From positions 24,820 through 88,819 of IMG/VR virus record IMGVR_UViG_3300046615_000115: a DNA stretch of 64,000 nt; one strand, written 5' to 3'. The notes under the pieces were generated by a model. The model had not been told where the DNA came from. It saw only the letters and a list, made by a program, of their open reading frames with translations, and ran no database searches. A program made the position numbers and the translations under genes. The stretch comes from a virus (Duplodnaviria > Caudoviricetes). Positions 8,586 through 17,869 of this stretch are shown in pieces; the stretch's first letter is position 1, and each line of letters begins with the position of its first letter.

Positions 8586-10805
8586 ATGAATACCGCTGGC
8601 AAAGATATGATGTCGTCCTCTAAATTTTACATGGGCTACTCTCGTTGGGATGAAGTGAAAGGTGGTTATGAAACTTGGGAGGAATCAGTTTCCCGTGTAA
8701 TGAATATGCACCGACAGAAGTACGCTTCTGTAATGACACCAGAACTTGAAGAATATATTGCTTTTGCAGAACAAGCTTATAAAGATAAAGCTGTATTGGG
8801 GGCACAGCGAGCACTTCAGTTCGGTGGTGAACAACTGTTTAAACATGAAGCTCGTATGTATAACTGCTCTGTTAGTCATTGTGACCGAGCAACTTTCTTT
8901 CAAGAGTGCATGTATCTTCTGTTGTGTGGTTGTGGTGTAGGCTTCTCTGTTCAATCCCATCACATTGCAAAGCTTCCACAAGTACATAAGCGTTATGAAA
9001 AGAAAGTAAAAGTATTCCAAGTTCCAGATACAATTGAAGGTTGGGCTGATGCTTTCGGTGTATTGTTCAGTAGCTACTTTGTAGATGGTGGCAGCTTCCA
9101 TGAATACAAAGGTTGTCAAGTACACTTTGACTTTAACAAGATTCGTCCTAAAGGTGCTTTGATTTCTGGTGGATTTAAAGCTCCCGGTCCAGATGGTTTG
9201 CGTAGTGCGTTGGTCAAGTGTGAAGCGTTGCTAGAAGCATTAGTTGAGGGGAAAACAGAAGCTGTTAGCGTTCCTACCATCACAGCCTATGACTTTGTTA
9301 TGCATATGTCTGATGCTGTTTTGAGTGGTGGTGTTCGCCGGTCTGCAACCATCTGCATGTTTGATAAAGATGATGAGTTGATGTTGAAGGCCAAAACAGG
9401 TGACTGGTTTGTTGATAACCCTCAACGTGGTCGAAGTAACAACTCTGTAATGCTTGTTCGCGATGAATTGAGCCGTGAAGAATGGGCTAACATTATGAAG
9501 TCTGTTAAGGACTTTGGTGAACCCGGCTTTATCTTCACTGAGAACAAAGAGTTCTGCTTTAATCCTTGTGTTGAAATTGGTATGTTGCCAGTTGCAGAGA
9601 ATGGAGAATCAGGCTTTCAATTTTGCAACCTAACAGAAATTAATGGTGGCAAGTGTGTAGATAAAGAATCATTCTTCCGCGCCTGCAAGGCTGGTGCAAT
9701 TCTTGGTACGCTTCAGGCTGGTTACTCTAACTTCAAATATCTATCTGATGCGACACGTCGTATTACAGAGAAAGAAGCTTTGCTTGGTGTGAGTATTACA
9801 GGTTGGATGAATAACCCTGATGTGCTGTTTGACCCACAAAACATGATTGATGGTGCAACTGTAGTTAAAGATATCAACTCTGTTGTTGCTATTCTTCTTG
9901 GTATCAATCAGGCAGCACGAACTACAGCAGTAAAGCCAAGTGGTAATGCTTCTGTTGTGTTGGGTACAGCTTCAGGTATTCACGGGGAACATAGCCCTAA
10001 ATACTTGCGTAATGTACAAATGAACGTAGGAGATGAAGTTACTCGTATCATCACCAAGACTAACCCTAAAATGGTTGAGCCTTCGGTGTGGAGTAGTAAC
10101 GGGACAGACGTTGTAGTTAGCTTCCCAGTTGAAAGTAAAGAAGGTAGTATTTACAAGTCTGATTTGATGGGCGTGAAACAGCTTGACTATGTTAAGACTG
10201 CTCAGCAATATTGGATTGAACATGGTACTAATTATGAACTGTGCGTTGACCCTGATCTTCGTCACAACGTAAGTAATACTATTACAGTTGATGATTGGGA
10301 TGAAGTGGAGGAATATATCTACAATAACCGTAAATGGTTTGCTGGTATTTCTCTACTTAGTTCGATGGGTGATCGTGCATATGCTCAAGCTCCATTCACT
10401 GAAGTGTTTACAGCACAACAGATTGTAAATATGTATGGTGAAGCATCTATGTTCGCCTCCGGTCTGATTGTTGAAGGTCTTCATGCTTTTAATAATAACT
10501 TGTGGATGGCATGTGATACTGTGATGGGCTTTGGTTTGACACTTGATCCAGAAGATTCTAGTGATTTGCTCAAACGTGATTGGGTACGTCGGGCTACTAA
10601 GTATGCTAAGAACTTCTTTGATGGTGATGTTATGCGAATGACATTCTGTCTTAAGGATTGCCATAATCTACACAAATGGACTAGCATCAACACAAAGTTC
10701 AAAGAGGTAGATTTTTCAACTGAACTTGAACAGCAAAAGTATACAGAAGTTGATACAATGGGTAGTGCGGCATGTGCAGGCGGCGTATGTTCAATCGAGT
10801 TTTGA
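8586..10805 (+). CDS. nrdJ: class II (adenosylcobalamin-dependent) ribonucleotide reductase, monomeric RTPR type
   Basis: YNCS, GGVRRSA, NPCVEI, CNLTEIN, VKPSG and C-terminal CAGGVC; no nrdB gene adjacent. Confidence 0.9.
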   Translation: MNTAGKDMMSSSKFYMGYSRWDEVKGGYETWEESVSRVMNMHRQKYASVMTPELEEYIAFAEQAYKDKAVLGAQRALQFGGEQLFKHEARMYNCSVSHCDRATFFQECMYLLLCGCGVGFSVQSHHIAKLPQVHKRYEKKVKVFQVPDTIEGWADAFGVLFSSYFVDGGSFHEYKGCQVHFDFNKIRPKGALISGGFKAPGPDGLRSALVKCEALLEALVEGKTEAVSVPTITAYDFVMHMSDAVLSGGVRRSATICMFDKDDELMLKAKTGDWFVDNPQRGRSNNSVMLVRDELSREEWANIMKSVKDFGEPGFIFTENKEFCFNPCVEIGMLPVAENGESGFQFCNLTEINGGKCVDKESFFRACKAGAILGTLQAGYSNFKYLSDATRRITEKEALLGVSITGWMNNPDVLFDPQNMIDGATVVKDINSVVAILLGINQAARTTAVKPSGNASVVLGTASGIHGEHSPKYLRNVQMNVGDEVTRIITKTNPKMVEPSVWSSNGTDVVVSFPVESKEGSIYKSDLMGVKQLDYVKTAQQYWIEHGTNYELCVDPDLRHNVSNTITVDDWDEVEEYIYNNRKWFAGISLLSSMGDRAYAQAPFTEVFTAQQIVNMYGEASMFASGLIVEGLHAFNNNLWMACDTVMGFGLTLDPEDSSDLLKRDWVRRATKYAKNFFDGDVMRMTFCLKDCHNLHKWTSINTKFKEVDFSTELEQQKYTEVDTMGSAACAGGVCSIEF

Positions 10806-10808
10806 GAC

Positions 10809-11000
10809 ATGGACTACGTTAATTTGATGGAAAAGGTTGGTACGCAATCTAACGTGACTCACTCCTGCCCTCACTGTGAAAACCCTGTTCGATGTGACAT
10901 TATGCAAGGTAAAAACACTTGCTGGTGTTTCAATGTACAGGGCAAAGGGCTAGAGCTGAACGACGTTTGTATGTGTAAAAACTGCCTCAACAAAGCTTGA
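10809..11000 (+). CDS. cysteine-rich CWC family protein
   Basis: CPHC...C...CWC...CMCKNC pattern. Confidence 0.8.
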   Translation: MDYVNLMEKVGTQSNVTHSCPHCENPVRCDIMQGKNTCWCFNVQGKGLELNDVCMCKNCLNKA

Positions 11001-11024
11001 CACAATAATCTGATGTGCTATATT
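10997..11024 (+). promoter_or_regulatory. sigma70-like promoter
   Basis: TTGACA-16 nt-TATATT with TGn extended -10. Confidence 0.7.
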
Positions 11025-11057
11025 GGCCTTATGCCCTTCGGGGCATAAGGCCTTTTT
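11025..11057 (+). terminator. intrinsic terminator
   Basis: 12-bp stem GGCCTTATGCCC-TTCG-GGGCATAAGGCC followed by TTTTT. Confidence 0.92.
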
Positions 11058-11075
11058 ACTTTAGGAGAAAATAAA

Positions 11076-11375
11076 ATGCAAGCAGTAACCAAAGAAGACG
11101 TAACCTTAACTCGTGGCGAACGTGTGTTCCCAGAATTTGTAATCCAAGCCTTCAATGATGAAATCATTGCTGTATCGAATGGGCGAGTAGCAACCGTTGA
11201 TCAGAATAAAGTTATGGAACGTATTCTAACCTTGAAACCGGAACTGACCCGTAACGAGGTTTTTGAAAACAAGTGGCTTGACGTAGAAGAGTTTTATCGT
11301 AAAGCGGGTTGGAATGTTGTGTACGTGAAACCGGCATACTATGAAACCTTCGCCGCTTATTTTGTATTTAGTTGA
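11076..11375 (+). CDS. hypothetical protein
   Basis: 99 aa, AGGAG RBS. Confidence 0.85.
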   Translation: MQAVTKEDVTLTRGERVFPEFVIQAFNDEIIAVSNGRVATVDQNKVMERILTLKPELTRNEVFENKWLDVEEFYRKAGWNVVYVKPAYYETFAAYFVFS

Positions 11376-11385
11376 GGAGGGTATA

Positions 11386-12048
11386 ATGCGCTTAATCCAA
11401 CGACGTACACGAGTGAATTACTGGTCACTCAGTAAGTTCTCTAAACGAATCCGTAAAGCCTTTGGGCTTGCAAACCCTAAATGGTACACTGTAGGCGATG
11501 GCCCTGATTCATTTGATGCACATGAACAACGCTGCAAAGATAAGGCCCCAATTGTACACTGGATTACGGGCAGAGGTTTTAACAAGCTTCAGAACATTTG
11601 GCTGTTCGTCCCAGACTTGATCTACACAATCAAAGTAGCACCCATCTGGAAATTCTTCAGAACAGTGTATAAGCTTCGTAAATCTTTATGGTATTATCGT
11701 TCATGGGATTATGGTGGACTCCTGTACTTGATGGAAGACGCTACAAAGGATATGTCCAATACGCATAAAAACTACGGACACTTGATGCGTTCTGAAGAGA
11801 CAGCTAAAGAGTTACTGATTGTATCTACACTGTTGAAACGGATTCGTGAAGACAAGTACACAGATGAAGTTCAAGGATGGAAATAAAAAGGTACTGGAAT
11901 GTGGAGTGGAGGTTTTTATCAGAAGCCTAATACTTTACCGAGTATTAATGCTAATAAATTCTATAAGATGCGTGAAGCTGTAAAGAAAAATGATCTTGAC
12001 TATCTGTGCAAGATTCTAAATCGTAAGTTATTCACATTTTGGGATTGA
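11386..12048 (+). pseudogene. hypothetical gene interrupted by an in-frame TAA at 11884-11886
   Basis: GAGGAGG RBS at ATG 11386; the same frame continues 53 sense codons past TAA to ...KNDLDYLCKILNRKLFTFWD*. Confidence 0.7.
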
Positions 12049-12059
12049 GGGAAGTTAAA

Positions 12060-12242
12060 ATGAAAAGCTGGACAGAAGCAATAGCCTCTATTATCTGCAT
12101 CCTTACTATGTTGTTTGGGATGTATTTGTATCTGGATTTTAAAAGGGGCTTGGAAAATAGTCAGAAAGAAGTGTTGCAAGTGCCTCAGAAGAGTGTAGAG
12201 GTTAAGACGTTTGAATCTAAAGTAAATGAGACTAAGGAGTGA
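12060..12242 (+). CDS. small membrane protein
   Basis: N-terminal hydrophobic helix AIASIICILTMLFGMYLYL. Confidence 0.75.
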   Translation: MKSWTEAIASIICILTMLFGMYLYLDFKRGLENSQKEVLQVPQKSVEVKTFESKVNETKE

Positions 12243-12508
12243 AGAATTTGTTGTTCTGCCTCATGACTGCACAGATTGATTGTAAGGAAACTAGACATGC
12301 TCAGATTGTTATGAAGGAACTTGGAATCACATACCAACATGCAGTTCCTCAAAGCATCGCTGATTGTTGGAATTTCTTTAATTGTGAGGGTAACATTGAA
12401 AACTTACCTCCGTACCTGATTGAGATGAAGAAAGGACCACAGGATTATGTAGGACATGGATTGAGTCAAGAGATGGCTGATAAACTGACACAGGGTAGTA
12501 AAATTTAG
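12239..12508 (+). CDS. hypothetical protein
   Basis: 89 aa, GTGA overlap. Confidence 0.8.
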   Translation: MKNLLFCLMTAQIDCKETRHAQIVMKELGITYQHAVPQSIADCWNFFNCEGNIENLPPYLIEMKKGPQDYVGHGLSQEMADKLTQGSKI

Positions 12509-12509
12509 G

Positions 12510-12600
12510 CAAAAGAAAGCCCCGACCGCGAGGAAGGGGCTGAAGTCATTTCTGAGATTAGGCTTTGGCGAGCCTACGTCCGCATAGCGGTTATTGTTTT
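12510..12600. terminator. hairpin cluster at the convergent junction (likely bidirectional termination)
   Basis: AGCCCC..GGGGCT (12518-41) with a U-tail on the - strand; TAGGCT/AGCCTA; CCGC/GCGG followed by TTATTGTTTTT on +. Confidence 0.6.
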
Positions 12601-12615
12601 TAGAATTAGGTAAAG

Positions 12616-13164
12616 ATGACAGATAAATATAGTGATGAAAGAACACAAATACTTTTAGAGTCGATATACTATGATATGTTGACAGGAGACTTTTATTGGA
12701 GAACCGAACGTCCTATCTCCCACTTCAAAAACCAGAAAGGTATGAACATGTGGTTAGGAAGGGATGCAGGTAAGCGAATAGAAGGATTACATCAGACCAA
12801 CAAAAAGACTCCATACCCAAGAATTAGGTTTAATGGTCGCCTATACCTGTTACATAAAGTAGCTTGGAGGATATTGTATGGTGTTTGGCCTGAATCCGAG
12901 CTAGATCATATTGACAGAAACGGCGGGAATAATGTTCCAACTAATCTCAGACTTTCTAACAGGTTTCAACAAAATCAAAATAAAGCTATTTATAAAACAA
13001 ATAAACTAGGTATTGCAGGAGTATATAGACTAGGATCTAAAAGAGTTAGGTGGGGTGTGAGATATGGAATGATGACACTAACTTTCACTGACGATTTCTT
13101 TGAAGCTTGTTGTGTTCGAAAAGCTTATGAGCATAAACTAGCATTAATTCACAGCCCCACTTAG
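12616..13164 (+). mobile_element. free-standing HNH homing endonuclease (HEG1)
   Basis: LHKVAW...ELDHIDRNGGNNVPTNLR...NQN. Confidence 0.9.
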
Positions 13165-13179
13165 GGGCTGTTTATATTT
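13151..13179 (+). terminator. terminator-like hairpin at tail-to-tail stop codons
   Basis: ACAGCCCC-ACTTA-GGGGCTGT followed by TTATATTT. Confidence 0.6.
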
Positions 13180-13490
13180 CCTATCGTTTGTATATTGTTC
13201 TGAATCATCTTCTGATTATTCTTCCTGTCAGCTTGCAAAGCCTTAACTTGCTGTTCAAGAATATAAACTTTCTGACTCATACCAATCTGATAAGAATCTT
13301 GGGATTCTAATCCCTTATTAATTTTAGTTTCCAAGTACATAACGTTATTGGACATCACCTGCTGAGATTCTTTTCTCAGGGCCTCAACTTCATTACTATT
13401 ACTGTTTGAAGAAAACCTATCTGTCAGGATAACCAAGGCAGCTAGGAGAAGTAAGAACTGGGAAGTTCTCTCAAGAAATGTCCACACCAA
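13161..13490 (-). CDS. membrane-anchored coiled-coil protein (accessory lysis gene?)
   Basis: N-terminal TM segment FLLLLAALVIL; last gene of the lysis operon. Confidence 0.7.
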   Translation of the reverse strand: MVWTFLERTSQFLLLLAALVILTDRFSSNSNSNEVEALRKESQQVMSNNVMYLETKINKGLESQDSYQIGMSQKVYILEQQVKALQADRKNNQKMIQNNIQTIGNINSP

Positions 13491-13503
13491 AACAACCTCC
13501 TTA

Positions 13504-13776
13504 TCATTTTGTTTGCCTGTTATAAGGACTCTGTAAACTAATCAAAATATCGAGCCTACCATTAACGTCTGCACGGATAGCTTCTACACTTTTAGTGAGC
13601 CTGTCTTCAAGGACTTTAGCTTTCTCTTCAGTAAACATCTGACCTTGCATAGTGTACATCCTATCTTCCATCTTTTGTTGGGCATTGTATTGCCAACCAA
13701 CAATCAGAAAGAGGGAGCCTAGTGCTAGCTTCTCAAGAATCGCTGCAAGTTTAACTTCACTATTTGGTTGTGTCAT
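13504..13776 (-). CDS. single-TM membrane protein (holin/antiholin-like)
   Basis: LALGSLFLIVGW TM segment followed by coiled coil. Confidence 0.7.
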   Translation of the reverse strand: MTQPNSEVKLAAILEKLALGSLFLIVGWQYNAQQKMEDRMYTMQGQMFTEEKAKVLEDRLTKSVEAIRADVNGRLDILISLQSPYNRQTK

Positions 13777-14029
13777 AAATCTTTCCTTGTGCAGCTTTCC
13801 ATTTACGCTGTTTCTCTAAGAGCAACTTGTAATCAAACACACAACCAGTATTCTTTACGTATCCAATACTAAGAGAACGAACAGTGTCTCCAGCAGGAAC
13901 AACACCACACGGATCGACCATTAAACTATCTGGCATCATTAGCGGAACTTCCTTGGTGACTATTAATTGCCTCGGAGAGCATCCGCTGCAAATCAACAGG
14001 CAGCTTAGAATCAATATCAATTTCTGCAT
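13760..14029 (-). CDS. o-spanin (Rz1-like lipoprotein)
   Basis: Signal peptide with lipobox ICSG-C, Pro-rich, overlaps the 3' end of the i-spanin. Confidence 0.85.
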   Translation of the reverse strand: MQKLILILSCLLICSGCSPRQLIVTKEVPLMMPDSLMVDPCGVVPAGDTVRSLSIGYVKNTGCVFDYKLLLEKQRKWKAAQGKIYDTTK

Positions 14030-14324
14030 CTTGGTTTACCTGTGGAGCTTTCTTAGGAAGACTGTCAATCTTGGAAACAGTGTCCTGAACTTTACCTTGC
14101 ATCACTTGCTTCTCAGCTTGATATTCAGACGTAACAGAATCACTTATTTCACAGGATTTAATCTGTAAGTTGAGGGACTTTTCACTGTCTGCAAGACGAT
14201 CCTGAGCTTCATGGAGTGCTTGTACTGCTGCACCTTTTTGCTCGCTCAGATCATAACTAATGTAGCCAAATATGCCTGTTGAACAGATGAAGAAGAGAAG
14301 AGCACCAATAAGAATGTTATTCAT
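13926..14324 (-). CDS. i-spanin (Rz-like)
   Basis: N-terminal TM plus periplasmic coiled coil. Confidence 0.85.
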   Translation of the reverse strand: MNNILIGALLFFICSTGIFGYISYDLSEQKGAAVQALHEAQDRLADSEKSLNLQIKSCEISDSVTSEYQAEKQVMQGKVQDTVSKIDSLPKKAPQVNQDAEIDIDSKLPVDLQRMLSEAINSHQGSSANDAR

Positions 14325-14550
14325 CAGGTGTTTCTTCTATATTATTATCTGTCTGATCGATAAATCTGCCCAAGCCGCCTAGAACAGCAAAGATGATTAC
14401 TAGAGTGGCCAAGACAGGCATTGACAGACCTGAGCCCAAGACACCAAGTGCAGACAGCCCAGTGACAGAGATTGCACTCAGCAAAATTCCTACAAGAGAG
14501 ATGAAGCTATAACTTTTAAGGTGCTTCTGCCAATTACTTATTAGTTTCAT
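14317..14550 (-). CDS. holin (2 TM, pinholin-like)
   Basis: Two hydrophobic helices, charged C-terminus, between endolysin and spanins. Confidence 0.75.
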   Translation of the reverse strand: MKLISNWQKHLKSYSFISLVGILLSAISVTGLSALGVLGSGLSMPVLATLVIIFAVLGGLGRFIDQTDNNIEETPDE

Positions 14551-15061
14551 TTACAGCCTCCTTTACTTCCAAGGGAACTTCGCCCATGCAAAACTGATAC
14601 TCTTTGGTACGTCTAGTGACAAGCCCATTGAGCTTTTTACCTTTCGCATAAATCCACTTAGTAAGTTCTAGACAAGCACCACCATAGTTACCAGCATTCA
14701 ATCTCTTCAGCATTGTACTAGATGAGAAATTACCAATACCAACATTATAAACAAATGACAACATTGCAGCATGTTGGTAATCAGACTTAAATGGAACCTT
14801 CACAACAGACATTAGTTGCTTATCGTGCTTGATAAGATCTTCAGCAAATACTTTATCACATTGATCTACAGTGAAGGTTTGACCCAACTTAAGTTCTGGT
14901 CCTGTGTGACCTCTACAACTTGTGATGATGTTTACAGGGTCTAGATAAGTTTTAGTTACAAGACCCTCCGAGGGTGCAATCAAGAACGCACCTGCAAGGG
15001 CGAGTGATGAGGCCAAACCAACCCCAAGAAGTTTTTTATACAAATTAGAATTGGTTGACAT
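14534..15061 (-). CDS. SAR endolysin, GH24 lysozyme
   Basis: KK followed by Gly/Ala-rich N-terminal helix; catalytic triad E-x8-D-x5-T; LSFVYNVGIGNF; GLVTRR. Confidence 0.92.
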   Translation of the reverse strand: MSTNSNLYKKLLGVGLASSLALAGAFLIAPSEGLVTKTYLDPVNIITSCRGHTGPELKLGQTFTVDQCDKVFAEDLIKHDKQLMSVVKVPFKSDYQHAAMLSFVYNVGIGNFSSSTMLKRLNAGNYGGACLELTKWIYAKGKKLNGLVTRRTKEYQFCMGEVPLEVKEAVNETNK

Positions 15062-15075
15062 ACCTCACCCTTCCA

Positions 15076-16071
15076 TTAAGTTTGACTTACCCTCCCGACA
15101 AATACGCCGGGAAAGCTCTGAGTATTATAAGCAATATTAAACCTGTCTAGGTTTAGGTTTTGTACTGAAGTGTTGATTGTAGTACCATCAGTCCAAATAG
15201 GAACTGAGTTTCCATCATTAGGCAACCCATATCTACCAGCCAAGTACCCAAGAGAAACATTAGTATTAATACTCCCTCCCGTTACCACAAGAGGGTAACC
15301 ACCCGTAAGTCCAGACTTTAATATAGAGATTTCAGTATTTCGGCAGTTTCTAATGTAGACACCATGACTACCAACAGTATCAGCCATGAATTGTTGAATG
15401 GTGGTAGCGTCACAGTTTTCTAGATATAAACCTAACTGCCCAGCCATACTACCACTAGTGGCATTACCGGTAACATCCCCATAGTCTAATAGCAAGCCTT
15501 GGCTATTTAAGATGGTCCATGCTGGTGTATTAGCCAGAGCAAGACTTGTAGTGTTGATATAATCTGCTGTACAGCGAGTGAGGGAGGTGTAGGCATAGCA
15601 TCTGGTCAAGTAACTGGCCCTTCCTCTGTGCTGGCGAGCCTTTACATCTTCCATTTGAAGACCAACCACAATGCCGGATTGGCCGTCATCAGCAATTAAA
15701 CCTCTACTATGATAGGTTTGTACATTGCTGATCTTAATCCTGTCCCTTGATGTACTGGTATCAATGAGGAACGTATACCCACCCGTAGAAGATTGTTCAT
15801 TGGTGATCAACCCTTTCACTTCTAATTGAGTACCAGCTAAAAGAAACAAGTGGTCTAACCCATTCTTTACAATACTGTGAACTCCAACAGAACTGGTCCA
15901 GTTACTTCCTGTCGTCATTGTGATCTTGAAGCCATTAGTAATAAAGGTTGTACCGGGATCAATAATTATTGATGAACGAACAAGCAATGGTTCATCAATA
16001 ACATAAGTACCATAATCAACCTTTATTACACCGCCGATTTTACAATTTACTTCTTGAGTAAAATCACTCAT
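15076..16071 (-). CDS. parallel beta-helix (pectate-lyase-like) protein lacking a virion anchor
   Basis: GTYVIDEPL start and repeated I/V-x-N/D-C beta-helix rungs. Confidence 0.65.
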   Translation of the reverse strand: MSDFTQEVNCKIGGVIKVDYGTYVIDEPLLVRSSIIIDPGTTFITNGFKITMTTGSNWTSSVGVHSIVKNGLDHLFLLAGTQLEVKGLITNEQSSTGGYTFLIDTSTSRDRIKISNVQTYHSRGLIADDGQSGIVVGLQMEDVKARQHRGRASYLTRCYAYTSLTRCTADYINTTSLALANTPAWTILNSQGLLLDYGDVTGNATSGSMAGQLGLYLENCDATTIQQFMADTVGSHGVYIRNCRNTEISILKSGLTGGYPLVVTGGSINTNVSLGYLAGRYGLPNDGNSVPIWTDGTTINTSVQNLNLDRFNIAYNTQSFPGVFVGRVSQT

Positions 16072-16475
16072 AGACTAGCTTCTAAATTAGCATACTCGTC
16101 TTCCAGTGCAACTAAGATGTCTTTGTCTTGTTGACTACCACCATCGGCTGCGATCTTACGTAGGAATTTGACTGACAAAGCATCAATTTGGACCATCCTT
16201 GCAATTATAGCTAAGATAGGATCTACGGTTGGAACAACAGCCGGTGCGAACACACCATCGACATATGTCCAATTTGGTTGAGGTTGTGGGATAATATCTG
16301 TAATATCTATTAGTGTGGCCACAATCTCTGCGGTAAATCTTTCTTCAATAGGTATTTCCAATCCAATTCTACTCGGCTCGCCTTCTTGCCTGTCTGGATG
16401 CTCTGCGTCATAAAATGCAGGTAGAATCAATTCCGCAAAAGTGTTATCAGTAATACGAGCATAGGTTTTAGGCAT
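16068..16475 (-). CDS. tail fibre assembly chaperone
   Basis: MPKTYARI...PQPNWTYVDGVFAP; TAATG-coupled to the fibre gene. Confidence 0.75.
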   Translation of the reverse strand: MPKTYARITDNTFAELILPAFYDAEHPDRQEGEPSRIGLEIPIEERFTAEIVATLIDITDIIPQPQPNWTYVDGVFAPAVVPTVDPILAIIARMVQIDALSVKFLRKIAADGGSQQDKDILVALEDEYANLEASL

Positions 16476-17794
16476 TATGCATACTCCCATATAACAATTT
16501 GCCCGGCTTTACCACTACCACCAGAGGAGTTAGTGCCGACTGAGGGGTTGTTACTGCCACCACTGCCACCACTACCGGGTGTTTCACCGGCATTGCCGAC
16601 CTGAGTGCCTGATGTAAGAAATCCGCCTTCCCCGTAATAGCTAAACCCACCCTTGCCACTGATTGGAGGGTTACTGTAGAAACTAGGACTTCCAGCACCG
16701 CCACGCGCATTGAAGTCCCCACCGGAGCCAATACCACCTACAGAACCTCCGTTGAATGTATTAGAGTTGACAGCCGCAGCGATATTACCACCAGCACCAC
16801 CGCCGGAAGCTGAAACCAAACCACCAAAAGAAGTAGACCCGCCAGCCACAGCGGCTGTACCGCCAGCACCGATGGTCATAGTGACGCCACTGAATCCTGT
16901 GGTAATTCGCTTACGAGCATATCCACCGCCAGCGCCACCTGATCCTGCACTTACCTGAGATGCTGTGGTAGGTAGAGCAGTGCCACCACCACCACCACCA
17001 CCTACGAGTTCAACCTCAATAAAATTAGTACCCGCTGTCGGGGTATATGTGCCTGTGGAAGTTATCGTCTGAATATTCAAAAGCCGCCCAGTCGCTTGTC
17101 CAAGCTGCAAAGCATGGTTTGATTTAGTAGCTGCTGCTACTTGCAAACCACCACCACTTGCTGCAAGTAATACCCAAGAACCACCGCCAATGGAGCTGTT
17201 CCATTGCAACCACAGATCACTATTAGCTACAATTTCACCACCTTGCAGGGCTGTATGCCCAGACCCCACAACAGCTGCTGCCGTAATAACGCCATTCGCC
17301 GGTGTGAAGGTTGATGCCCCTGTGTTAGCATTGAGTGCTTTTATTTTAAGCACCATACCATCAACAACAGCCTTGACCACTGGACTAAAGTCTGCTTTAT
17401 AGGTGTTGGCTGTACCAGTATCTAACGCATATACATTAGAGCCTGTTTGGTTTTTAAACGCCAACTTCCAATAGGTGTTTGTTGTATCTGTAGTTGGGTT
17501 TTGGTTCAAACTATCAGCTTCGGCTACATATATAAGCCCATCACTCCCTTGTACATAGGAACGTACACCAGAGGTAGTAAAATAATAGTTAGATGCAGCA
17601 TCCCACTCACTAATACCCTTCTGGAACAAGTGTAGAATTGCATTGTCTTGACGATTCTGTGACCAGTTTTCCCATTGGAAAGGTGGTACTTCAGCAGTCC
17701 AACCAGTCTGAATTTTAACATTACTCGGAGCTACAATAGAGCCACCAGACGACCATTGGTAAGAGAAATCGGGTTTTGAAACTTCGTTTGCCAT
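16475..17794 (-). CDS. tail fibre protein
   Basis: N-terminal GWTAEVPPFQWENW anchor, DTGTANTY module, Gly-rich C-terminal domain. Confidence 0.9.
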   Translation of the reverse strand: MANEVSKPDFSYQWSSGGSIVAPSNVKIQTGWTAEVPPFQWENWSQNRQDNAILHLFQKGISEWDAASNYYFTTSGVRSYVQGSDGLIYVAEADSLNQNPTTDTTNTYWKLAFKNQTGSNVYALDTGTANTYKADFSPVVKAVVDGMVLKIKALNANTGASTFTPANGVITAAAVVGSGHTALQGGEIVANSDLWLQWNSSIGGGSWVLLAASGGGLQVAAATKSNHALQLGQATGRLLNIQTITSTGTYTPTAGTNFIEVELVGGGGGGGTALPTTASQVSAGSGGAGGGYARKRITTGFSGVTMTIGAGGTAAVAGGSTSFGGLVSASGGGAGGNIAAAVNSNTFNGGSVGGIGSGGDFNARGGAGSPSFYSNPPISGKGGFSYYGEGGFLTSGTQVGNAGETPGSGGSGGSNNPSVGTNSSGGSGKAGQIVIWEYA

Positions 17795-17807
17795 TTAATT
17801 AAAATCC

Positions 17808-17835
17808 TTGACTTTACGGGAATTTGTTTTATACT
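17808..17835 (+). promoter_or_regulatory. sigma70-like promoter for HEG2 (antisense to the late operon)
   Basis: TTGACT-16 nt-TATACT. Confidence 0.65.
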
Positions 17836-17869
17836 CAACCATTCAAAACAAACTACTAGGAGTTTTATT

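Noticed and set aside
11884-11886. Genome-wide stop-codon reassignment
   Set aside because: Only one in-frame stop was found; TAA, TAG and TGA all end normal genes elsewhere.
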